Source: Thermoplasmata archaeon
Lineage (GTDB): Archaea; Thermoplasmatota; Thermoplasmata; UBA10834
Direction: 5' to 3'
Assembly (NCBI GenBank): GCA_038852315.1
Contig: JAWCKF010000004.1
Span: 27,265 to 91,264 of the forward strand
Length of the DNA: 64,000 nt
This document shows positions 38,578-46,264 of the stretch, in pieces. The position numbers and the translations under genes were made by a program. The notes below the pieces were generated by a model. The model saw only the letters and a list, made by a program, of their open reading frames with translations, made no database searches and had not been told where the DNA came from. Position 1 is the first letter of the stretch, and every line of letters begins with the position of its first letter.

Positions 38578-38690
38578 CATGTTTTCCCATCCCTGGAGCC
38601 GCTGTTAGCCGGCCCTTCCTTCCCTTTGTTCGTCAGAGTGCGGGCGCGAGCGCGTCCGCCTTCCTGTAAGGCAGCCGTCCATGTCCTTGC

Positions 38691-39089
38691 TCACTGAACT
38701 CTCATGCGAGCCGCGGTCCGAGCCATCCCCTTCCTCGTCCCGCGCTCGTCGATCGCCTCGCTGACCTTCTGGCGGAGCAGGTCCCTGCCTTCGAGGTAGT
38801 AGCGTTTCTTCTCCTCTACCCAGGCCGTCAGTGCGAGGGTCACGGCCTGCGAGACGTCCGTGGCGTCCCCGCTGGCTATGAACATCTCGAGGTCTTCGGC
38901 CAGGGCGGCCGGGATGACCGCGCTGATCTTCTCCCCGTTCCAGGTGGCCGCTTCGTCGTGCAGGTAACTGTATAGAGCCTCCCTTATCACGTCGGAGAGG
39001 GTGCGATGGCCGGTGCGTTCGCGGATTGCCTCGAGCTCCCGGAGGTCTTCTTCGGGCAACCGTATGTTGAGGCGTGCGGTGCGTGTCAT
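38691..39089 (-). CDS. Tandem ribbon-helix-helix (CopG/CdrS-like) transcription factor
   Basis: RLNIRLPEE..SDVIREAL followed by a second degenerate unit KISAVIP...DVSQAV..AL. Confidence 0.8.
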   Translation of the reverse strand: MTRTARLNIRLPEEDLRELEAIRERTGHRTLSDVIREALYSYLHDEAATWNGEKISAVIPAALAEDLEMFIASGDATDVSQAVTLALTAWVEEKKRYYLEGRDLLRQKVSEAIDERGTRKGMARTAARMRVQ

Positions 39090-39104
39090 CGAAATCGCGG
39101 TGCC

Positions 39105-39127
39105 TTGTATGACGAATTGTCATACAA
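39105..39127. promoter_or_regulatory. Perfect 9-bp inverted repeat operator between TATA box and start of the RHH gene
   Basis: TTGTATGAC-GAATT-GTCATACAA; minus-strand TATA TTTTATA immediately upstream at about 39130-39136. Confidence 0.7.
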
Positions 39128-39303
39128 TCTATAAAAGGTTATCTCACAGAACGTCGACCTCCGCTTCCACTGCAGCCTGTGCAACGTTATCAAACGCTGC
39201 GCTATCGAACCGTGATGTAGGTGTCGTGCCTTGGACCCAGGATAAACCTTCGTGTCGCTGACTTTGGAATAGTTTTTTAGCCTCCGATGGTTTGCCCAAC
39301 CTC

Positions 39304-40602
39304 GTGCCTTCTGCAAAGGAGCTAGCGCAGTCCGTCAGGTCTCTGACGAGACAGCACAATGCTTGGTTCAAGGATTCCATCCCTCTCATAGCCTCGGAGA
39401 ACGTGATGAGCCCGCTCGCGCGCGAAGTACTCAACTCCGATCTCCACAACAGGTACGCGGAGGGGCTTCCTGGCAAGAGGTACTACCAGGGCAACATATT
39501 CGTGGACCAGATCGAGACCATATGCGAGGAGCTGGCAAGGGATGTGTTCTCCTGCAGGTTCGCGGACGTCAGGTCGACTTCGGGGACGGTCTCGAACCTC
39601 GCCGTGCTCATGGCACTCATGAAGCCCAGGGACAAGATGACGACTGTTGCCCTGTCAGATGGTGGCCACATCTCGCACGCGAAGATCGGGGCGACAGGTC
39701 TTCGCGGAGTGCGCACGTACCACTATCCTTTCGACGAGAAGGATATGAACATCGACGTGGAGGGGACGAAGAGGCTGATCAGAGAGGTCAAGCCGAAGGT
39801 GGCCCTATTCGGACAGTCTGTGTTCCTCTTCCCCACGCCTCTCGATGAGCTGAACGGCGTCTTCGAGGAGGTCGGCTGCACGACCTGGTATGATGGCGCC
39901 CACGTGCTCGGCCTTATTGCTGGCAAGCGGTTCCAGGACCCGCTGAAGGAGGGCGTGGACGTCGTCTCAGGCAGCACGCACAAGACGCTGCCGGGTCCGC
40001 AGCACGGGATCATTCTCTCAGACCTCAGGAGGGACGACCTCGAGACAGCTCTCAGGCGCGGCGTGTTCCCGGGAGTCACGAGCAACCATCACCTGCACTC
40101 AGTCGCTGCCCTGGCTGTGACGCTGGCCGAGACGAAGCAGTTCGGCGAGGCCTACGCCGATCAGACGATCCGGAACGCCAAGGCTCTGGGGCAGGCCCTC
40201 CACGAGCGCGGCCTGGACGTGCTCTGCGAGCATCTGGGGTTCACCGAATCTCACACGATAGTGGTGGATGTCGAGGAGTTTCACGGCGGGGCGAAGATAG
40301 CCAAGGCACTCGAGTCCGCCAACATCATCGTCAACAAGAATCTGCTGCCCTGGGATTCCAATCCCGTCAAACCGTGTGGCATAAGGATAGGCTCCCAGGA
40401 GGTCACGAGGATAGGCATGAGGGAGCACGAGATGGAGGCGATCGCGGAGCTCATCGCAAGGGTGGTCGTGAAAGGCGAAGAGCCAGCGAGCGTGAGGCCA
40501 GACGCAGTGGCGCTCAAGCGCCAGTTCACGAAGGTCCACTACTGCTTCTTCGAGAACGAGGAGGCATACGACTACCCAGCCTACGATGGCGACCTCGTGT
40601 GA
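39304..40602 (+). CDS. glyA: Serine hydroxymethyltransferase
   Basis: LIASEN, RYAEG, GGHISH, YDGAH and GSTHKTLPGPQ motifs. Confidence 0.96.
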   Translation: MPSAKELAQSVRSLTRQHNAWFKDSIPLIASENVMSPLAREVLNSDLHNRYAEGLPGKRYYQGNIFVDQIETICEELARDVFSCRFADVRSTSGTVSNLAVLMALMKPRDKMTTVALSDGGHISHAKIGATGLRGVRTYHYPFDEKDMNIDVEGTKRLIREVKPKVALFGQSVFLFPTPLDELNGVFEEVGCTTWYDGAHVLGLIAGKRFQDPLKEGVDVVSGSTHKTLPGPQHGIILSDLRRDDLETALRRGVFPGVTSNHHLHSVAALAVTLAETKQFGEAYADQTIRNAKALGQALHERGLDVLCEHLGFTESHTIVVDVEEFHGGAKIAKALESANIIVNKNLLPWDSNPVKPCGIRIGSQEVTRIGMREHEMEAIAELIARVVVKGEEPASVRPDAVALKRQFTKVHYCFFENEEAYDYPAYDGDLV

Positions 40603-40659
40603 TAGCAGGCACTCTAGGTTTATTACCGTCCAGCCTGATTCCATCTGTGCGATTTGCGG

Positions 40660-41475
40660 ATGGCTGCACGAACTAGGATGCTACAGGTCGCGATCACCGT
40701 CGTGAACCTGGTCATAGTCGGTTTGGTGTTCACGAGCATATGGCCGTTCCCGAGCGGCAACTTCAAGATAGACCTTCCCTCAGCCAGCGAGGTCACATGG
40801 AGCTACTCTGACGGCATCGTGAGCGTCGTGGCCCCGTTCTCCATAGACAACGGCGGCTTCTACGACGTCAGAGGTCTCTCCATAACCTATGAGGTCACGA
40901 ACTACTCGAGAACCGTCCTCGCATCCGGAGCGCTCGACGTGGGCGACATACCAGCGGGTCAGAGGACTTCCTCGCAACTCGAGTTCGATTTCGACATCAT
41001 CGGCCTCTACGAGCAGGGCGCACTCTGGATGGTCTTCAACGACGACATGCTGTTCTTCCGCATTGACGTCGCCTGCAGGTACACCATGGAACTCGTGAGG
41101 TTCTATGCTGACTACAGGGTCGGCGTGGAATGGCATCCGCTCATAGAGAGCTACGACGTCAACCCCGTGTGGCCGCCGACCGGTTCAGAGGTGGCAGTCA
41201 ACTGGTGGCTAAACACTTCGAAGATGCTCCGTCTCGTCCCTCCCGCCACGATGAGGGTGGCGATCATCGGTTACGATGGCCCGGACGGAACGGGCAACCC
41301 CACACTGCTCTCCTCAGTGCAGGAAACCATCCGGCTTGGAGGGCACGAGGAGGGCACCGTCAGCCTCACCATCCCGACGGCGCCGTATGCGAGCTACAGG
41401 ATCGTCTACTCATTCGACGTGGCAGGTTTCGGGATTCCAGAGGAGAGCTACGTCCTCCCAGGGGTGAGCCCGTGA
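40660..41475 (+). CDS. Hypothetical membrane-anchored beta-rich protein
   Basis: N-terminal TM/signal segment, then IDNGGFYDVRGLSITYEV (LEA-like fold possible). Confidence 0.7.
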   Translation: MAARTRMLQVAITVVNLVIVGLVFTSIWPFPSGNFKIDLPSASEVTWSYSDGIVSVVAPFSIDNGGFYDVRGLSITYEVTNYSRTVLASGALDVGDIPAGQRTSSQLEFDFDIIGLYEQGALWMVFNDDMLFFRIDVACRYTMELVRFYADYRVGVEWHPLIESYDVNPVWPPTGSEVAVNWWLNTSKMLRLVPPATMRVAIIGYDGPDGTGNPTLLSSVQETIRLGGHEEGTVSLTIPTAPYASYRIVYSFDVAGFGIPEESYVLPGVSP

Positions 41476-42227
41476 CGCACAAGAGCGGGCTCTCCGATTC
41501 CGTATGGACGGCTTTCACAGAGGCCATCAGGTTCGTGGTTGTACCCCTGGCCCTCATCGAGCTCGTCACGTCGAACTACCCACTTTTGACGACACCGTTC
41601 ATGCCTTACATCAGGGAGTACATACTCTTCTTCGGAGCGATGGTCGTTGCGGCCAGCACCCTCGAGGCCATGAACAGGCCCGGGACCTTCAAGCGCCTGC
41701 TGTTCGGGCTGAGCGCTCTCGCGTTCGTGGGACTGTGGCTCGCAGTCCTGTTCGGTGGCGGGATCGCGGAGTTCACCTACGGCCCTTACCACTTCAGGCT
41801 GGATCTCACCAAGTTGGTGTACATAATGCTGGTGGGCATCTCCCTGAAGGCCCTGCTCGTGGTCGACACATATCTGGTTCACCAGCCTCAGCTCGCTGAG
41901 GAGGCCGCTAAGAAAAGAATGGAGGAGGCGGAGGCGAGAAGGGTTGCTGCGAGGACCAGGAAGGCCGCGCATCAGGTGAAGCACACCATTCCGCTGGAAC
42001 ACATGACCAAGGTCGCGTACGAGGTGACACCGGACACATCGGTCGGATATTCACCGCCTCCGGCCCCAGAGAAGGTCTCCTCGCCAACGCCCCCTCCGTC
42101 CCAGACAGCAGTCCGGCACAGGACATGCCCCATATGCGGCGAGAGGGTCAGGTCGACGGAATCTGTCTGTCCGAACTGCGGGGCGTGGCTCACCAGAGAT
42201 TCCTTCAGGTTTTCGAAGCGGCCCTGA
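41472..42227 (+). CDS. Hypothetical 4-TM protein with C-terminal zinc ribbon
   Basis: GTG overlapping the upstream stop (GTGA); four hydrophobic segments, a Pro-rich linker and CPICG...CPNCG. Confidence 0.7.
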   Translation: MTHKSGLSDSVWTAFTEAIRFVVVPLALIELVTSNYPLLTTPFMPYIREYILFFGAMVVAASTLEAMNRPGTFKRLLFGLSALAFVGLWLAVLFGGGIAEFTYGPYHFRLDLTKLVYIMLVGISLKALLVVDTYLVHQPQLAEEAAKKRMEEAEARRVAARTRKAAHQVKHTIPLEHMTKVAYEVTPDTSVGYSPPPAPEKVSSPTPPPSQTAVRHRTCPICGERVRSTESVCPNCGAWLTRDSFRFSKRP

Positions 42228-43128
42228 GGGACCCTATGAGTTCGCACGCCTTGCATCTGCCTGATATGGTTGGCTCCCCGCACGAGCACACACCTAGCTT
42301 CGCGGGCGGGTAGAGCCGCTCGAGCGCTGGCAACATCTCTTCGTAGCTCTTGAGTATGGAGTGCCTCGTGCCAGGGTACTTCGCCTCGAGCTCGAAAACC
42401 ACCTTTCTGTAGTCGTTCCTGAGCGCCTCGGGGGCATAGGGACACTCGAGGTCGTGGTACCTTATGCCGTTGATGATGGCGTATAGCGTCGTCTCAGATT
42501 CAGGGATGGTGCGGAGGGGCTGTATCCGTGGGATCAGGCCCGGCTGCACCCGTTTGTGAGGTCCCAGACGGGCCAGTCGTTCGACATCGCCCCTCGTGAA
42601 GTTCATCAGGATCGATTGGGCCGTGTCGTCGAGATTGAGCCCTGTTGCCAGATGAGAGGCACCCCATTCCCTCGCTGCCATGTTCATCGCCGCCCGCCTC
42701 ATGACGCCGCAGTATGTACAGGCCGAGACCTCCCGCCTCGCGGAAGCGACCTCGTCCATGGTAATGCCGAAGAAGTCCTTCAGCGAGACGACATGATGCT
42801 CCACGCCGAGGGACTTGCACTGTGCGGCGACGATGGGGATGCTAGACTCCCTGTACCCAGCGATACCCTCGTCTACGGTGATGGCGCAGAACTCGACATC
42901 CCTTCTTCTCGCGAGGATCTTGTGCGTGACCGACAAGGCCACCGAGCTGTCCTTACCCCCGGATACTGCGACAGCGATGCGTCCGCCCTTCGACAGATCC
43001 GTCTGTCTCCTGAGCTCGTGCTTCACTCGCCTCTCGACGAACTCGCTGAAATGCCTCCCACACAAGCGTGCCCCACTGTACCTTATCAGGGTTACGGCCC
43101 GGCCCGTGCACTTGTCGCAGACAGACAC
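42205..43128 (-). CDS. tRNA 2-thiolation protein, TtuA/NcsA/Ncs6 family (TIGR00269)
   Basis: CDKC..LC..H, SGGKDS, CTYCGV.RR, NLDD, CPYA and a C-terminal zinc finger. Start GTG 43128 or ATG 43191. Confidence 0.9.
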   Translation of the reverse strand: MSVCDKCTGRAVTLIRYSGARLCGRHFSEFVERRVKHELRRQTDLSKGGRIAVAVSGGKDSSVALSVTHKILARRRDVEFCAITVDEGIAGYRESSIPIVAAQCKSLGVEHHVVSLKDFFGITMDEVASARREVSACTYCGVMRRAAMNMAAREWGASHLATGLNLDDTAQSILMNFTRGDVERLARLGPHKRVQPGLIPRIQPLRTIPESETTLYAIINGIRYHDLECPYAPEALRNDYRKVVFELEAKYPGTRHSILKSYEEMLPALERLYPPAKLGVCSCGEPTISGRCKACELIGSLRAASKT

Positions 43129-43236
43129 GACTTCCGATTCGGCCTCTTCGGATAAGTAGGTTGCCCCGGTGAAGGGTATGTTCCAGGCCATGGGTAACTA
43201 TTTGTAAGCACAGGTCATTCGAGCAGCTCGGTGCCC

Positions 43237-44196
43237 ATGGACGACGTCTGGGTGGAGAAGTACAGGCCCAGGAAGCTCTCCGAGGTCATCGGTCAGAAGA
43301 GCATAGTGGAGCGCCTGTCAGCATACGTCAAGACCAGGAGCATGCCGCACATGCTGTTCGCCGGCCCTGCGGGCTCCGGCAAAACGACCTGCGCCATAGC
43401 CCTTGCGCGCGAGCTGTACGGAGATGGCTGGCGTGAGAGCCTGATCGAGCTCAACGCATCGGACGAGCGAGGTATAGACATCGTCCGCGGGAAGATCAAG
43501 GACTTCGCAAGGGCCGCGTCGATTGGCGGTGCCGACTTCAAGATCATCTTCCTGGATGAGGCGGACTCTCTGACAAGCGACGCGCAGGCCGCCCTGAGGC
43601 GAACGATGGAGAGGTACACGCAGACCTGCAGATTCATCCTCTCGTGCAACTACTCGTCAAAGATAATCGAGCCGATACAGTCGCGCTGCGCGGTGTTCCG
43701 ATTCAGGCCGCTGGGCCTCTCTGACGTCAAGGCTTACCTCCAGAGGATAGCGGATGCCGAAGGACTTGAGGTCTCAGACGACGCCTTCGAGGCCATATGC
43801 GAGCTCGCGGCAGGAGATATGAGGAAGGCCACGAACATACTGCAGGCGGCGGCGTCGCTCGGGAAGAAGGTCGACCAAGACGCGGTGTTCGAATCTACGG
43901 AGAACATCAGGCCGTCCGAGATCCAGGAGCTGCTGCGGACGGCGCTCAGCGGCAACTTCACCGCCGCCAGGTCCCGATTGGACGACATCATAGTCAGGCA
44001 CGGCCTCTCGGGCGAGGACATAATCCAAGGGATACACCGTGCGGTCTTCGACCTCCCAGTGAGCGAGGAGGCGAAGATCAGGCTCATCGACCGCGTTGGC
44101 GAGGCCGAATTCAGGCTGGTCTCCGGGTCGAATGACAGGATCCAGCTCGAGGCCCTGCTGGCGCACTTCGCCCACGAGGGGAAGAGGCTCAAGTGA
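43237..44196 (+). CDS. rfcS: Replication factor C small subunit
   Basis: WVEKYRP, GPAGSGKTT, ELNASDERG, DEAD and SRC motifs; no intein. Confidence 0.97.
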   Translation: MDDVWVEKYRPRKLSEVIGQKSIVERLSAYVKTRSMPHMLFAGPAGSGKTTCAIALARELYGDGWRESLIELNASDERGIDIVRGKIKDFARAASIGGADFKIIFLDEADSLTSDAQAALRRTMERYTQTCRFILSCNYSSKIIEPIQSRCAVFRFRPLGLSDVKAYLQRIADAEGLEVSDDAFEAICELAAGDMRKATNILQAAASLGKKVDQDAVFESTENIRPSEIQELLRTALSGNFTAARSRLDDIIVRHGLSGEDIIQGIHRAVFDLPVSEEAKIRLIDRVGEAEFRLVSGSNDRIQLEALLAHFAHEGKRLK

Positions 44197-44286
44197 TGGG
44201 TCGCCTGTGAGTTGCTGGCCAGGTTTGGGAAGAGTTCACAACAGTTAAATACGGAGTCTTTGTTTGAGGCGCGAGAGGTTCTCGGC

Positions 44287-44436
44287 ATGGCGCGGTTCCC
44301 CGAGGCAGAGGCAAGGAATCTGGTGAAGAAGATCTGCATGAACTGCAACGCGAGGAATGCCATAAGGGCAACGCGGTGCAGGAAGTGCGGATACAAGGGG
44401 CTCAGGGTGAAGACGAGGGAGACGAAGAAGACCTGA
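44287..44436 (+). CDS. rpl40e: 50S ribosomal protein L40e
   Basis: [35 protein letters not shown]. Confidence 0.96.
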   Translation: MARFPEAEARNLVKKICMNCNARNAIRATRCRKCGYKGLRVKTRETKKT

Positions 44437-44492
44437 TCATGGTAGTCAGTTGTGCAACTGCTCGTTCAGGGGAAAAAGGTCCATCCACGACC

Positions 44493-44523
44493 CAAAGAAA
44501 AAAGGGTGGAGGGGACTCCACCG
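44493..44523 (-). terminator. Minus-strand hairpin + T-tract terminator with no annotated upstream gene
   Basis: GGTGGAG-TCCC-CTCCACC followed by CTTTTTTCTTT. Confidence 0.6.
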
Positions 44524-44732
44524 CAGTTGGGCATCACCCTTTGGTTAACACCTCTCCTCTTCCTTCAAAAGAGCGTGTTGCCAAATCGGCAAGCGGGAAT
44601 CTGCGTCTCCCTCTTTAACCCTTGTTGCACACATTAGTCGCTTCTTCGGAATCTTGCCAACCCAAGCTTGATGTTATTTGCCTTTTCCCGATAAGAATGT
44701 CTTTATTGCTATTTTGCCAATCACGGTAGGCT

Positions 44733-45821
44733 ATGTGGAAGTTCCTTCGCAGCGAGATGTCAGTCATACTCGGGTTGACAGAGGACGCCGAGCGCACGGA
44801 TGCGGAGATAGCTGACATATACGACATGAAGAAGGGAACGGTCTCGTCCGCGAGAAGGCGCCTGCTCGACGCCGGGGCAATGTTCTTCGTATACGTCCCT
44901 GCGTTCAACAGGCTCGGCTGCGAGCTCGTCGCGTGCCACATGGGTGCCACGGACCCAGCGGTGCGCTCGGAGGAGAAGGCGAATCACTACATGGAGTTCT
45001 GTGGGAGGACGCCGCAGGTGTTTTTCGCCATCATCGGTGGAAACAACATTGTCCTGTACTCAGTTTTTAGGAACGCGACGGAGCTGGAGATGTTCACGCA
45101 GCGTCACAACGCCTTCTTTACGGGGGCGAGACGGCCGTTTAAGGCAAAGCTCACCAGCATAGTATTCCCGTACTCCCTCTCCCGAATCACGCAAGTCCCA
45201 CAGTTCGCCCCACTTGTGCACAGTTACTTCGAGCTCGACGTCCCGAAGCCTAAACCTGTTCCACTCAGTTCAGTGAGCGTGGACGCCGTGGAGCTGAACG
45301 AATCCGAGAAGAGGGCCCTTGTCGCGATGGTGAAGGACCCGGAGGCCTCGGACAAGGAGATCGCATCTAGGCTGCGCCTCTCTCGGCAGGCGATTACGCG
45401 GATCAGGGCGAAACTGAGAGACGAGGGGGTGCTGACCAAGGTATGCATACCGAGGCTCTACAGGTGGGGTTTCGAGATCTACGTTGCAGCTCTCTCAAGG
45501 TTCAGAACGGAGGTTTCCTGGGAGAAGCGGCTCAAGACAGAACCGAGAGAGGTACTGGAACGCTCGTTCTACACGCTATCGAAATCGGATGAGTCGGTGG
45601 CTAACTACACCACGCCGAGGTTTGCCGAGTATTCAGAGCAGCTGGAGAGCTACCTCGCATGGTACCACCAGATGAAGATCTTCGAGGAGCGGCCGGAGCT
45701 GCTCCTCTTCTCGCTCGAGAGGTCCACCGAGCTGCGGACGTTCGAGTATTTACCGGCCGTGAGGAATCTACTGCTGGCCGACAGACCCGCGGACGGCAGC
45801 CAAACCTCGGCGAATTTATAA
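44733..45821 (+). CDS. Transcriptional regulator with two tandem Lrp/AsnC-like HTH + effector units
   Basis: RTDAEIADIYDMKKGTVSSARRRL...PAFNRLG repeated as ASDKEIASRLRLSRQAITRIRAKL...PRLYRWG. Confidence 0.75.
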   Translation: MWKFLRSEMSVILGLTEDAERTDAEIADIYDMKKGTVSSARRRLLDAGAMFFVYVPAFNRLGCELVACHMGATDPAVRSEEKANHYMEFCGRTPQVFFAIIGGNNIVLYSVFRNATELEMFTQRHNAFFTGARRPFKAKLTSIVFPYSLSRITQVPQFAPLVHSYFELDVPKPKPVPLSSVSVDAVELNESEKRALVAMVKDPEASDKEIASRLRLSRQAITRIRAKLRDEGVLTKVCIPRLYRWGFEIYVAALSRFRTEVSWEKRLKTEPREVLERSFYTLSKSDESVANYTTPRFAEYSEQLESYLAWYHQMKIFEERPELLLFSLERSTELRTFEYLPAVRNLLLADRPADGSQTSANL

Positions 45822-45875
45822 ATACAATCAGATTTATAATAGTCCCCAGGTGATACCATAAAGGTCACGACGCCG

Positions 45876-46253
45876 ATGGTGGGCAAGTGGGTGAAGGCCG
45901 CGTTCCTGGTCATCCTCGGCATCATCGTGTTCTACTATGCCGACAAGCTCGTTGAGGAGCTCAGGACGACTCTCGAGGACAGGTTCGAGATAGCTTTCGA
46001 GTGGGTCTGGGACCTGCTGCGGATACTCCTGTGGGTGCTTGTGGCGTGGCTCTTCGTCGATGCAGCGCTCGTGATCGCCCTCAGCTTCTCAGAGCACAGG
46101 TATTCCCTGTCGGATGTGATCAAGCGGCTCGACAGACTGGAGATGAGTATGGCGCCGGGTCGGCAGGCCCTTACCCCATCCGCCCCCGAGGAGGCCGAGC
46201 CTGTGACGGCCGAACCCGTGGAGGAGGAAGTCCCTCCCCCGCCCGGGAGCTGA
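45876..46253 (+). CDS. Hypothetical 2-TM protein with acidic Pro-rich tail
   Basis: Two hydrophobic segments; own TATA (TTTATAA about 45833). Confidence 0.65.
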   Translation: MVGKWVKAAFLVILGIIVFYYADKLVEELRTTLEDRFEIAFEWVWDLLRILLWVLVAWLFVDAALVIALSFSEHRYSLSDVIKRLDRLEMSMAPGRQALTPSAPEEAEPVTAEPVEEEVPPPPGS

Positions 46254-46264
46254 TTCATCCGGCG

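Noticed and set aside
44445-44551. Selenocysteine micro-ORF GTG TTA ACC AAA GGG TGA TGC (G-U-C-P)
   Set aside because: The read-through product runs through a terminator and looks non-coding; no Sec machinery is visible.
44451-44631. MITE bounded by TGTGCAAC/GTTGCACA
   Set aside because: Only 8 bp of inverted repeat, no target-site duplication and no second copy.
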